From Catajapyx aquilonaris (taxonomy: Eukaryota), in NCBI GenBank assembly GCA_000934665.2, contig KZ538761.1, forward strand, positions 1-49,125: 49,125 nucleotides of DNA. The letters run 5' to 3'. Positions 12,325-25,603 of this stretch are shown in pieces (positions within the stretch are counted from its first letter, which is position 1; each line of letters begins with the position of its first letter). The position numbers were made by a program, and so were the translations under genes. Below the pieces are notes generated by a model. It was not told where the DNA came from and searched no databases. It saw nothing but the letters and a program-made list of their open reading frames with translations.

Positions 12325-12756
12325 CAGGGTGTTCATGAAAAACACGACAAACCTATACCACCCCCTATCTAGGCACCAGAGGATCACATTATGTAGAGGA
12401 GTGATTATTGGACCGCCTCATTACTGAGATAATTGACTATTACTGTAGGACAAGTATCAAGGCATCGTTAGGGGGTATCCACGTGAAAACCAAAAATGTG
12501 CTGTAGAAAAATTTGCCAATAGCGATTATTCTAGCTGCTCCAGAACGGCGATGCGATTTTTGCCTAATCACTCCTTCTGACTGGGGGAGGGTTCGTTGGG
12601 TGGCCTGACTTCCAGGATATTTTATACTACCTGCTTAAAGGCAATTTGCGCGGTAATGAGGCGGTCCAGGCATAATCACTCCTCTACATAATGTGATCCT
12701 CTGGTGTCTAGGTAGGGGGTGGTATAGGTGTGTCGGTGTTTTTCATGAACACCCTG
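12325..12756. mobile_element. Tc1/mariner MITE
   Basis: TA|CAGGGTGTTCATGAAAAACAC...GTGTTTTTCATGAACACCCTG|TA, with ~100-bp arms. Confidence 0.9.
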
Positions 12757-13568
12757 TATTTGTAACAAAGGTACTGTACTATCAGGATGCTTTCCCCTGT
12801 ACATGGGATTTTCCCGAGGAGAATAAAACACTTACCTACTTACTTAGAGGGTATTCCTAATGATATTGGATAAAAAGTGAAAAACAGTTTTCGCTTAATC
12901 AGATCCCTAATCGAGAAAGGTGAGTTTGAAAATCAGGATTGAGTAATTATTTCCAACTTTCTCTGGCCATAGAAAGTGCCTTTTGATCAGAATGAGGTTT
13001 AGCAAAGATAGCTGCGTTTAGCAGCCACCTCTTCAATTACTGACAGGATATTGTGATTGTAATACTGTAAGAGCAGAGGACCACCTATCAATCTCGTCAC
13101 CATGCAACTAGAAAGTGCTGGCCTCCTCTTACCTATGCCAACTCTCTAATTAATATCAGAATGATTGCAGGAAGTAACTGGCTACATACTCTAAATTGAC
13201 AACAAGGATAAGATCTAATTTGCAAGCACAACAACTATCTACAGTAGGATGGCATCTTGTCATCTACACCTGCCCTGTAAACAATGTAATTCAGCATGAC
13301 TCCCAATTACCCATCACCAGATGTGCCAAAAACTACTTTAGAGACACCATAGTCACAATACCTGAACCCGAAATAAAGAAAATCACCAACTGTTCATTGT
13401 CAGATGTTATGATCAGATCATAACATCTCTTATTACTCTTACACTGTAACACTGTATAAATAAACAACACTGGTGATTCCCCTCTCACCTAACCAAGGTG
13501 GGAAGAGATGGGAGGTAGAAAATAAATAAGTTCAAATAAAATTAATTGGTGTTATGTACCTTGCCAAA

Positions 13569-14267
13569 TCACACTCCTTTGGCTGGCTGGGTGTTAAATC
13601 GGACAAGCTTGTCCAGCAGCACTTGAAGCCTTCGAGACATAATTGTGAAGGGGTCTTCCCAAAAGGAATATTTCACTTCCGCCAGTGGTGGCTCACCTAC
13701 AAAGTGGGGTGTCGTGATGCACTTGGTGTGAATATTATCCTTGGCTTCTTCCAGTTCAATGAATAATATTGAAAAGTGGTGGGGCAAAAACAGACTTCCA
13801 GGTCCCACTTCTGTTGTCAGGATGCGGGTAAGATTATTTACTTGCTGGCCACTGGTTTCCCATGACTTCAGAAAGTCAGCTACCTCCTTCATATTTAGAA
13901 GCATTTGTGCTTCTAACTTAGTCATCTCCGCTTTCAGCTGGTCTATCAAGAGGCTAATGTTGCCACCACAATTGGACACACCATCAATAAGTTGCTCATG
14001 CTCAGCCAAAAACACACGTGCCTGTAAGATGTGGCATGCCAAGTGCGTAATGTTGGAATCCTTTACAGACGGACCCGAAATTTCTTCATCTGAATCACCA
14101 AGCACGATGCATTCAATTTCGGGGGGACTTTCGGCTAGTTCCATCCCTTTTTGTGCATCATCCATGGTTCTTTCTGCACTGTCTCCTTCGCCTTCCTTCA
14201 TGCGCAGTCCTGGTAGCACATCAGACCTAAGTGGGTTAATTTTGTTGCTGTTGAAAGTTGTCTTCAA
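13569..14267 (-). CDS. Unassigned 232-codon ORF or exon with an acidic N-terminal part, a SIM-like motif and a coiled-coil-like segment
   Basis: Long stop-free frame with protein-like composition, outside any recognised TIR element. No family recognised. Confidence 0.4.
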   Translation of the reverse strand: MKTTFNSNKINPLRSDVLPGLRMKEGEGDSAERTMDDAQKGMELAESPPEIECIVLGDSDEEISGPSVKDSNITHLACHILQARVFLAEHEQLIDGVSNCGGNISLLIDQLKAEMTKLEAQMLLNMKEVADFLKSWETSGQQVNNLTRILTTEVGPGSLFLPHHFSILFIELEEAKDNIHTKCITTPHFVGEPPLAEVKYSFWEDPFTIMSRRLQVLLDKLVRFNTQPAKGV

Positions 14268-14385
14268 AATTATGAGTGCAAATTAGGACTCTCTCTTAAG
14301 AAAAAGAGCACTGTCAGTACTGTACAAGGGCCTTTCAATAAAGACTGATCATGATTTTTTATATGAGCATGTATGGGAAGTACTA

Positions 14386-15256
14386 CAGGGTGTCCCACTC
14401 GCTACTTTACCTGTCATTTCTTTAATAACTTGAACACGAATGAAGATATAGCAACGAAATTTGAACTGAACTACCCTCATTATGTGAGAAAAGAAATGGC
14501 ATCACAACATGTGGTAGAAATGGCCACAAAATTGCGTCCAGGCAGGCCTGAACATGCCTCCACATTTTGACAATTTGGAAGGTCCTGGCCAGCATGTCCT
14601 GAGGCACCGCCTGAATTTCTTGGATGATTATTTCTTTGAAGGTGTTGATGGATTGTGGTTTGTTTTGATACACTCGCCTTTACAGTAAGGTCCATAAGAA
14701 GTAATCAGGCGGCATAAGATCAGGCAACCATGGTGACCTAAGCCCCTTTGAAATGACTCAATTGCCAAATAAGCCATTTTGGCCATGCTGACATGTGATG
14801 TGTGCCACATGTACCAAATTTTTTTGTGGGTAATGCTTTCACCCCTTACGGGGTATATCGCATGAACCTTTATTTTCCAGTTTTTCTCTTAAATTCACTC
14901 CGGTGCAAGGAATCAAGGAGATTGGGTAAGGATAGGGATTTTCGGGGAGGGAACATGGGTGCAAGTGCATTGTCTGAAAATGGGTCATGTGCTGTTCCCT
15001 AGGAGGTTAGGTTGCCAGACACCTCCTTGGTGCAGGTCAGAGACCCTCCTGACGCAGGTGAAAGGAAAGTTCCCCAGGCGGGGATCGAACCTATGGGGCC
15101 TTTCACTCAGCAAGCCGAGACGTTACCATCTCGGCCATCACACCTCCCCTGTACCAAAATAAACCACAATCCATTGTTCAAATTTTGTTGCAATATCTTC
15201 ATTTGTGTAAAAGTTATTACAGAAATGCTGGGTAAAGTAGCGAGTGGGACACCCTG
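14386..15256 (-). mobile_element. Deleted Tc1/mariner element nested in 14325-16059
   Basis: TIR CAGGGTGTCCCACTCGCTACTTTA with TA flanks. Minus-strand remnant PDLMPPDYFLW..VYQNKPQSINTFKEII. Confidence 0.85.
14820..15149 (-). mobile_element. tRNA-derived SINE, family B
   Basis: Head TGGCCGAGATGG / GGTTCGATCCC; TSD-like tgtaccaaa; near-identical to 18725-19064. Confidence 0.85.
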
Positions 15257-16385
15257 TATAATGATGGTGATCTATTCTAGTACTGCTGTCGAAGATGGAT
15301 GTGCATGCTTATGTGCAGAAGTCTACTGCACACCATGTGGGTGTGGTGGCAGCACAATTGCCGACTCCTCCCGAGTCATGGCGGCGACACTTGAGGAGAA
15401 GTATTCCAAGCTGAAATTCTGCTTTTGCCTCAAGAAGATGGCCAGTGAGTCCTACTCTACATGCACTGCCTAACAGTACAGCACGCCATTGGCTTAAAAT
15501 TTTCAAGGAGAGTTCTGCAAACAGGTGATCCGGGAGCTCCTCAGTCATCGTGAGGGAGGATTGTTGTGTAATATTGACTATCCTAGCTGATATGTTCATG
15601 TATCTATTGGTGGTGTGCACATAATTAAGCATGACCACCTGCATATGAGGCGTGTATCAGCTGTGGCAGGAGCTCCTGAAGCCCCATGTTTGCAGGTGGA
15701 TTCGGGACACTCCTTGAACACCTTAAAACAAGGGAGTGTCGCAATGTCAGGCAGTGCATCTTCTCCATACGCCTATGTCAGTATGGAGTAGGACTCGTTG
15801 CCTGCCTTCTTGAGGCAGAAGCAGAATTTAAGCTTAGTGTACTACTCCACACATGTCAATACCATGTCTCAGGAGGTGATTTCATGGGGGTAGGCGATTG
15901 TGCTGCCACCACACGATATGAATAGACTTCTGCACATAGGCATGCACATCCATCTTCGACAAGAGTACTTGGATATAATTATCACCATCATAGTTATAGT
16001 ACTCCCTATGTACTTTCTCATTTTAAAAATCATGATCATTCTTCATTGTAAGGCCCTGGTACTATCAGCACAATATTATCTAACCGTAAGTCACTTTCAC
16101 ATTTAAGAAAATGAGAGCGTTTCCTCAATAATTTTTTGCCCATTACACCTGCTTAGATGCCACAAGGCTATGAGGATACACACACACAGAGAGAGAGAGG
16201 GAGAGAGGGAGAGAGATAAATGGGAACTGGGGGCATATCTGGGGAAACAAAAAGGACTACCCTCCCTTTGAGTAAATAATTATGGGCTAGCATTTCTAAA
16301 ACACTCTATCTATTGAAAGAGGAATTTCACTTGTGGCATGGTTTATTGCAGATTTATGCCAAGCTCCTACATGGCAATTATGGTA

Positions 16386-16520
16386 CAGTGGTGGAAATTA
16401 ATGGAGAAGCACAAGTATTGCCTCCTGGCATAGCTTTTGCTTTACATGAAGCAGCTTCATGTAGAGGAAAAACTCAGCCAGGAGGTGATACTTGTGCTTC
16501 TCCATTAATTTCCACCACTG
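16386..16520. mobile_element. 135-bp hairpin MITE with CAGT termini
   Basis: TA|CAGTGGTGGAAATTAATGGAGAAGCACAAGTAT and its reverse complement, ending |TA. Confidence 0.9.
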
Positions 16521-18724
16521 TACAAAACTTGTCCCATGCTTAAGTGCTTGCATGAGAGTGGCCTTTAGTGTGAAACTAATGAAAAACTGGCCACTCAAGT
16601 AATTAGGTGTACACTTGGTCAAGTAATCACACACAATCATGGTTCCAATGCTTCCTCACAGAAAATGATGATGTGTCATTGTATGGAAGCCAGAAGGACC
16701 ACCATACACTTTTCTCCACCACACACACACTTGTCCGGATGTGGATTCTTTGCAACCGTGTGTGTACTTTTCCATAAGCGCACCTTTCTCTTTCCGTCAC
16801 ACTTTCTTTCCAAGACACACTTTTTTTCTGCCATGAGGGAGGAAGAAGGAAAGGACAACCATGACCATTGGTCTGATTGTCTTGGTAAACATTTTGGCCA
16901 GACCATGCTGGATCCACAGACCCATTCAGTTGGTTTGACCCCCTTTGACTGTTGAAATTTCAAATGCGGAAAATTTCATTGCTCAATTAATGCTGGAATT
17001 CTGAATTGATTTTTTAAAAACATGCAGTATGTCAAATGAAGCCATTGGTTTCTGAGGTCACATTGTTATATTCCTCTCACCCGTTTACCGGGGCCATCAC
17101 CATAGCCGTGAATAGCAACTGGAGGAGGAGAGAAAGGAAACATCAAATGACAACTAATGCAATGGTCTTGTCTCCAACAACAAGGTCACCCAAGTCTTTT
17201 TGATCACTTTCAGTTCTCCTCATCGAGGTTATTATTTTCTGATTGTAAGCAGACAGTCCCCTGGCATATTTGCCCATTCTGGTCCCACATTATTGGCTTC
17301 TGTTTTCTCTCTTAGGGATCCGTGCTGGGGAACGTGCTGGAAAATCTCGAAAGAACGATCTAAGATTCTAAGGCATACAATAATTACTTGACCCCTACCT
17401 ACACTGTTTTGTGTTTTCTGGTTGCAGGCCTATGCTGATGATCATCATATCATATATTGAGAATGGAGAAGTGTCTGTCCTTCCACCACATGCACTTATT
17501 CACCTCATCATCCCCTAGGTGCCCATATTCACAATTCACCTCGCCCTACGGGATGAAATCACGGGAAAGCAGCAGTACACCAGGTGATAGTGGCATATGC
17601 CTGGGGTTTGGGTGGAATGTTGTGTCAGACAGGGATTGCTTCAGGTCGGTGGAGAGCGACCGAGGACGGCCTCGGGGCCAGTTTTGATGTGCGTTCTGTT
17701 AGGTTGGCTTTTTCACAGTGTCGACAAAGAAACGCCCATCTACAATAACAGGGGACCCCTACTTTGGAATAAATTGAATCCCATCAGACACTGCGAAACA
17801 CCCCCCTTGCACAAAAACATACAAACTTGTGAGTTATGCCCGTTACAATGGGCATTGATTACTAGTGGTACAGCATGTGCTGGAAGAAGTGGAAAGGGGA
17901 ATTTACATTGCTTTAGCAAATCACAGTGTCTGGGCTTTCCAGAGGTAACAATTAAGAATAATTACAGATAGCCCCCGGGTTTTAACATCTTCTCACATTA
18001 ACGACGTTTTCAGATACAGGCACTGCCGTTTTACGCTGGGGATGGGTTCCAGCAACATAGCAGCATAAAGTGAAAACAAAACAAAATTATAATATAAGGA
18101 AATGATACATTCAAAAATTTCCCCACAAGCAGTACAAATATTGACAAATATTGATGTTTTTAATGCTTAGAAAAATAATTGGAAACCTTTAAAACACACG
18201 TTTAATAGGAGGTTCCAGGTTGAGTGTAGTCGGTTTATATGAATCCGTCCCTCTTTTTGTCTAGAACAGCAATACTGTAGACTTTACAACATTACACCAT
18301 CATTCCACCTGCTAAGGGACTGGGCTGGCTGGGAGGATTCAATATGGTGCAATAGAATCGGGGATTGGCTTACTTGTTATTGAGAGTGAGGTGGCAATCC
18401 CGGAAGAAGTTGCTGTATTTATTGTTCTAAAAATACAGACAGTAGAGTACAGTACTGCATATCTTAATCTATAAATGAGGAAGCTTCATTGTTAGTTAGT
18501 TTGTCCCTTATAGAAATCCAGGGGAAGGCCCTTACACCGCCTTCAATTAGCACATCGGGGGTTACTTTTTCCAAGGAATCTAACGCCGCATGTTTCAGCT
18601 TCCGAAAATGAACCTAATTCCCACAACACGCATATTCCCGAATCTTCCCCCTACTCGCGCCTCAACAATTAACATAATTACATAAACTTCTATAGCAACG
18701 ACAACAATTTATCTTTTCCCAAGT

Positions 18725-19064
18725 TTATATATACCCCGTGATAGGGCCATGGGCCCTTATAGGGGAGTGGTATACCACCATTTTCCCTGCAATTTTCCGC
18801 TTTTTCTTCCAACTCCGGTGCAAAGATGAAAGGACATGGGGTAAGGAAGGGAATTTTTGGGGCGGGAACGTAGGTGCAAGTGCAATGTCGACAAATGGGT
18901 CATGTGCTGTTCCCCAGGAGGTTAGGTTGCCAGACACCTCCTTTGGTGCAGGGCAGAGACCCTCCCGACGCAGGTGAAAGGAAGTTCCCCAGGCGGGGAT
19001 CGAACCTGGGGCCTTTCACTCAGCAAGCCGAGACGTTACCATCTCGGCCATCTACACCTCCCCC
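18725..19064 (-). mobile_element. tRNA-derived SINE, family B
   Basis: A and B boxes on the minus strand; second copy of 14820-15149. Confidence 0.85.
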
Positions 19065-19719
19065 AATACCTATCAAAGTATTGCATTTGCATTGCATCTA
19101 TATAATTATCTTGCGCCTCTTTTTTTGTTTTTTACAAGGCCCATCGCCGTAAATTATTCAACTCATCCGCCAATTACGCTAATTGGCCACCTCACGTGAG
19201 TTCATATGGTATGGTCATTCTGGGATTTTGTAGATTTGAAATTAGACTTCCCGACACAAATAAATACAAAAAAATGAATTTTTAACAAAATTACTCCGTG
19301 TTGGAAAAAGAAATTCCCACCAGGCATCTGTATGTACATTTCTCAAGTTCTTCAGGGCAAACAGTTAGAACGAGGTGGGGGTGTGAGGTGGGGTTGAGGG
19401 GTCATGGGGTCAAATATTCTGGGGGAAAACGTGGCTGTGCAGTCTTTTCCTGGGCCAACTCCATACCCATTCCTCTTTTTACACATCCAATCAGAATTGA
19501 CTACGCTATAACCAAAGAAGGCAATCTATCACAGATAGTGACAAACTTTGGCTTATTGTAACTTGGCCTTATTTTAAGGTGTATCGAGTTCCAGTGTACG
19601 GAACGCAAATATTTACAAACAAACAAACTTCCTAAAATATATGTACCCGTACCTTTAAGGCTTTAACAGCATCCCAACACACCCGGGCAAGGCCGGGTAA
19701 CCTGCTAGTCTAATATATA

Positions 19720-20254
19720 CAGGGTGATTCTCTCGAATGGAAACCCAAACATTCCTGAATAACTTTTTATCTATGGTATGGTTCCTGATGAAAATTGACA
19801 TGTGCTTACCTTGTATCATGCCAAACAAGGTCTGACTAAAGAATATACCAAAAGTGGTCCCCTCCAGCATGCAAGAATTTTTAAATCCGAGTCTGCATTT
19901 GGCCTAAGACTCCTGTAGATTGCCGGTGGGAATGGCTCAATTCCCGCCCGCCCACCTGCTTGGTGACAGGGCATCGCAAGGCCTCGGTCCCGGTGGCTCG
20001 AGATCCCCTCTCGCCAAGCAAGCGGGCGGGTGGGAATGGATGGGATTGCCGCCATCAATCTGCAGGAGTCTTCGGCAATATGCAATATGCATTAAAATTC
20101 TTTTGGATGCTGGAGGGGACCACTTTTGGTATATTCTTTAGTCAGACCTTGTTTGGCATGATACAAGGTAAGTACATGTCAATTTTCATCGGGAACCATA
20201 TACCATAGTTAAAACGTTATTGAGGAATGTTTGGGTTTCCATTCGAGAGAATCA
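19720..20254. mobile_element. Tc1/mariner MITE with a truncated right end
   Basis: CAGGGTGATTCTCTCGAATGGAAACCC arm of ~200 bp mirrored at ~20050-20254. Confidence 0.85.
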
Positions 20255-20260
20255 AGTATA

Positions 20261-20900
20261 CAGGGTGAATACTGTAACTTTGGCAAAAATCACAGGGTGG
20301 GTAGTGTGGACCAAGACAAGTATTTTTGACATAGGAAAAAAAGCCCCTAAACGAGGAGGAGGATACATAGGAGGAGGATGGAAAAGATTTCGCACTTCCC
20401 GAGGTCGTAGAAACCTCGGACTTGCACCGTTGGATTCCTTGCCCCCGGTTTAGTGTTTACAAAAATCCTCATAATTGAAAAATTCCCATAAATCGGTGTT
20501 GTGCCTAACCCCTCAGGCATGTCTGGGGTCACCATTGTGATCATATCCCACAGGTGTTGGAGATGCTGGATCTTTTCATCATGCATGTATCTCCAATAAA
20601 AAGGCCATCGGGGTAAGATCTGGGCTTTTAGGGGGACTAGGCATAGGGAAACTTCTCATTCAAGACTTCGCACACTGGGAGGTTGAACAAATGAAACTTT
20701 CATACGGCAGGTTTGTTTCATGGATGAGGCGACTTTTTATGTGCAGCATCAAGAAAGAAGTGTGTGGTGTAAAGACTTGTCATATCACAATAGGATCACA
20801 ACAGTGACTCCAGATATGATTGAGTGGGTTTAGCGCGAGACCGAATTCTGCCATTTTAAGGTGGATATGAACCTACAGGTCACTATCTAACAACTCAATG
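20261..20900 (-). mobile_element. Degraded Tc1/mariner remnant; right boundary approximate
   Basis: TA|CAGGGTG start; minus-strand KSPDLTP motif near 20610-20630. Confidence 0.55.
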
Positions 20901-21373
20901 AAAGTCACACACGTCATAGTTTAAGAGGTCTTCCTCCCAAAGGCACCAAAAAAACTACCCCTTCCCATGCAAATTAGCTCACAGGGTGACTCGGAAGTTT
21001 CCAATTAACATTGAGGCTTATGGGGAATTAAAACTTTCCTGGAAAGCGTCTTACTGTTAGATATCTAAGACCTTTAAATTAAAATGATGAAAATATGAGG
21101 GATAATGCATAGAGAGTAATTCTGAAAAGAAAATGACACCTTGCCATGGTATTTAAACTGTTGTCGACGAAAAACTCTCCAGTGACGTTACATTGCCTCA
21201 GGCGAGGAAGGAAGTGGCAACACCGCGTTTACAGTAGCGAGATACGGTTGCATACGACAGCGAAATATGAATGCAAGTGAGATGGTTATGAGTCGTATGA
21301 CAATGGCGCACGCAGGATTTTTGTTTGGCAGGGGGGGGGGGGGTTTGTAAGATTAGCAAGTATTAGTTTATAG

Positions 21374-21413
21374 NNNNNNNNNNNNNNNNNNNNNNNNNNN
21401 NNNNNNNNNNNNN
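21374..21413. other. Assembly gap
   Basis: Run of N next to poly-G tracts. Confidence 0.95.
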
Positions 21414-21641
21414 NGGGGGGGGGGGGGGGGGGGCTGTAACGCGTTCAACTCCCCGCCCCTCCCACCATGGCTTGGGTGTGCCAGTGGTTATGTCGTCGCT
21501 CTCTTTTTATAGTATATGGATAAACATCCAATACAATAATTACGTTGCTGCAGAACCTTGGGTGGAATTTTAATCCCACTGCTGGTTACTGCTAACTGAG
21601 CTATTCCAGTACCAACACTGGTACTGCTAAGTGAGAAGTAA

Positions 21642-21807
21642 AGGTGGCTACACACGGGCAGGTTGCATCCGCAGTTGGAGTTGGACTCCACCCGTCAATG
21701 AGCACGAGGCGGCACCTGTCGCGAGAGCGGCCGCCTCGCTCTCATTGGCGGGTGGAGTCCAACTCCGACTCCAACTGCAGATGCAACCTGCCCGTGTGTA
21801 GCCGCCT
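21642..21807. mobile_element. PIF/Harbinger-like hairpin MITE
   Basis: TAA|AGGTGGCTACACACGGGCAGGTTGCAT...GTGTGTAGCCGCCT|TAA. Confidence 0.85.
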
Positions 21808-23248
21808 TAACTCGCAGTGGGACGAAATCTTTGCCTTCCGGTGGCGACAGAAGGCAGGTACGAGGGAGCGGGAGGGACGGCGGACCTTGATGCGTTGCCA
21901 CTTCTATCTGTGCACACGCATAACAACACAATGTGTACCAAATCCGGCACAAATGAAGAGCTACTGGCTCCCCTTTCAGAAATAAACTTGTAAAAATGTC
22001 ACGACAAAGTGGGACCTTGTAATTAAGACCGGATAAAATTGATTTCCATCCAAAATAAAAAATATTCAGAATACCTCCAAATACCATGTTACAGTTGGCA
22101 GGTGTGAAAATAGCAAGGAAAATAGCCACTGCGCACGAAAATTTCCACCCGGTAATTGGCCCATATTAAATCGAGTTTAAAACGCAGATTCGAATGGAAT
22201 GCATAGGATTGAACAGCATTTACTGCTGCATCAGGTGCACATGTTTCCCTGATTTTAGCACTTCTTATTAACTTTCCCATTCTAGACTCTCAGTTGATTA
22301 GAGAGTAGGTTCACATCCACCTTAAATCTGCCAAGCGACAAAAAAAAACTCATATCAAAACAAACTAAGGCCAGACCAAAACTTTAGAGCATTCTTAGCA
22401 TTTCAAAACCTAAATCATTAAGATATGTCTACAGGTTTTCGAGTTATAGGGGGTTTAAAATCCCCGCATTCTTTTTCGAACACCCTGTATTTATAGGTCC
22501 TGCCACAATGCACCACAAAAAAAAATTAGCGCCTATACTGTAGTTTATTGGGACACACAAGTGTTGCAGTGATGTGTTTTTGCTTATTGTGTTACTTTCA
22601 AAATTCTCTGAATCAAAATATTTTCAAAAGTAATTTTGAAACAGGCATTACTAACAGTGTAAAATGAAGCGGGGTAAAACGGGTACTTCCTGTACTGCAT
22701 ACAATAGGCCTACTTTATTGTTTGTCTCTGCCCTATCTGAAATGTTGTAGTCGTTTTTATTAGCAAAGAGTTCTCAAATGACGTGCACATTGCTTTTCAC
22801 AGCCACGGGGATAGTCCTGGACAACGAGTGAGAGGAATACAACGTGGCCTCATAAAACAATGGCTTCATTTGATATACTGCATGTTTTTTTTTTAACCAG
22901 TTCAGAATTCCAGCATAAATTGGGCAATACAATTTTCCGCATATGAAATTCCAACATTCAAAGGGGGTCACACCAACTGAATGGGTCTGTGGATCCAGCA
23001 TGGCCTGGCCAAATTGTTTACCAAGATGGTCAGACCAAGGGTTGTCCTTTTCATCTTCCTCCATCCTGGCAGAAAAAAGGAAAATAAGAATGTGCCTTGG
23101 TGAGAAAGTGTGACGGGAAAAGAAAGGCTTGACGATTGCAAAGAATATGTGTCCAGACAAAAGTGTGTGCGTGGTGAAGAAGAGTGTGTATGGTGGCCCT
23201 TTCGGGCCTCATGATGATCCCTCATTATTAGTATTGTAATCACATGTA

Positions 23249-25603
23249 CTATTGACCGCAAAAGTAATGTCGCGACTGTTTATGTGTTTTTGTGTTTATG
23301 TGTTGGTAATCCTGGCGCTGCCAGGTTACGGCAAGGGTTACGGACATGTTGATTTGGCGATGTTCCGGAATCCACAAGACCCTGCTCACCGGTCACGGCC
23401 GCGGTCCCTTGGTCGCACAGTCCCGCAAGTGGCCGCACGGTCTGGTTCGCTGTTTGAGAGCGCCGCTACTAGTCGTGCAGCTTATTTCTAGTTTGGGTAA
23501 AATTCCATGTGAGATCGTACTGTACAACGATGTTCACCCGACTTTTTATTACTATTATAATTTTTTATTTTTAGAAAATCGAAATTTGGCACTTAGGATC
23601 GTATTTTGTCAAGGTCACAGGGACATATTTTTCAAACCAGATAACCGCTATCCGCTATAGGTCACGAGAAATGACGAGGTCAAAAATGGGAACTTTTCCA
23701 TTCCGATGTTTACAATAACGCGATACCTTCTCTAATTATGTGTCCCATATGCATGCAAAATGGGGCTTTAAATTCTATACAAGGTAACGCCGAAGCCGCA
23801 GATAACCTCCAAAAAATTCTACAATTAAAATTACGTGCCATTTTGGGAGATCATATCCCCTTCAGTATAGTGCAAGTTTCATTTTGGCCCTCGTATTAGG
23901 GTCCCAGATATCAAATACAGTAAATAAGGAGGCGTGGCCACCCGCACCGAGTCCAATTTTCCGAAAAATTTTATGAGTAATCATCTACTCATACCCTTTC
24001 AGTGGTATGCATTTCCATTGTTGTGTTCGTATTAGGTTCCGAGATATAAAATAACTAGTGTGACTGGGTGCGTCTCTGTCATTCTGTGACAAGCCAGCCA
24101 AGTTGGTGGCTCGGCCCTCTCAGAATGTATTATTGTAACCCCATTATATTATACGTATATCAAATGAACGGGCGTGAAATGAGGAACATTTTGGAAGCAG
24201 CCGTTTTAACCTAGAGCGTAAAATGGAAATACAAAAAAATTCCCAATCCTAATATGTCCGTTTATCCATTATTTGGTCATTTTTGGTTGTTTTTTCCCCT
24301 CTTATGTGACACTGGGCAAATTTTAAATTTACACGTGTTAAAATAAGCGTCATGTCATGCTTGGCCTATCTATTAAAGAAAGATTCAGTTCCCCTGAGCG
24401 CCTCACGAGCAGAAAATCCGTCTCTAAATTCACCACCAACATGACCAAATGATGGAAAAAAATGACATTTCAGGATTTATTATTTCCAAGACTGCCAGAC
24501 TTGTGATGTTGTCCTTCTCCAGGGGCAATGAGTAGGTGACCATGTACTCACCATATTAATTTAATACTCTTAGCATGCGGTTAACAATTTCATTGGACAA
24601 CCTGAAATGTCACAACAATGGGAATTTTTTTGGTATTTCCATTTTACGCTCTGGGTTAAAACGGCTGCTTCCAAAATGTTCCTCATTTCACGCCCGTTCA
24701 TTTGATATACGTATAATATAATGGGGTTACAATAATACATTCTGAGATGGCCGAGCCACCAACTTGGCTGGCTTGTCACAGAATGACAGAGACGCACCCG
24801 GTCACACTATTTATTTTATATCTAGGAACCTAATACGAACACAACAATGGAAATGCATACCACTGAAAGGGTATGAGTAGCAGATTACTCATAAAAATTT
24901 TCGTAAAATTGGACTCGGTGCGGGTGGCCACGCCTCCTTATTTACTGTATTTGATATCTGGGACCCTAATACGAGGGCCAAAATGAAACTTGCACTACTG
25001 AAGGGGATATGATCTCCCAAAATGGCACGTAATTTTAATTGTAGAATTTTTTGGAGGTTATCTGCGGCTTCGGCGTTACCTTGTATAGAATTTAAAGCCC
25101 CATTTTGCATGCATATGGGACACATAATTAGAGAAAGTATCGCGTTATTGTAAACATCGGAATGGAAAAGTTCCCATTTTTGACCTCGTCATTTCTCGTG
25201 ACCTATAGCGGATAGCGGTTATCTGGTTTGAAAAATATGTCCCTGTGACCTTGACAAAATACGATCCTAAGTGCCAAATTTCGATTTTCTAAAAATAAAA
25301 AATTATAATAGTAATAAAAAGTCGGGTGAACATCGTTGTACAGTATGATCTCACATGGAATTTTACCCAAACTAGAAATAAGCTGCACGACTAGTAGCGG
25401 CGCTCTCAAACAGCGACCCAGACCGTGCGGCCACTTGCGGGACTGTGCGACCAAGGGACCGCGGCCGTGACCGGTGAGCAGGGTCTTGTGGATTCCGGAA
25501 CATCACCAAATCAACATGTCCGTAACCTGGCAGCGCCCAGGATTACCAACACATAAACACAAAAACACATAAACAGTCGCGACATTACTTTTGCGGTCAA
25601 TAG
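23249..25603. mobile_element. TA-flanked fold-back element with ~1-kb inverted arms
   Basis: TA|CTATTGACCGCAAAAGTAATGTCGCG...CGGTCAATAG|TA. Arms at ~23249-24246 and ~24617-25603 are nearly identical and give mirror ORFs in the track. Confidence 0.9.

Larger units (their letters stand above)
14325..16059. mobile_element. Mariner-derived palindromic element made of two inverted 5' ends
   Basis: TA|CAAGGGCCTTTCAAT...ATTGTAAGGCCCTGG|TA. The left arm encodes the mariner N-terminus (LEEKYSKLKFCFCLKKMASESY) and the right arm carries a diverged inverted copy. Confidence 0.75.

Noticed and set aside
12836..13064. Minus-strand exon with good splice signals
   Set aside because: Stops occur in all three frames, so it is at most non-coding or a decayed exon.
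13741..14286. 181-aa plus-strand ORF
   Set aside because: It is a Ser-rich antisense shadow of the more protein-like minus-strand ORF 13569-14267.
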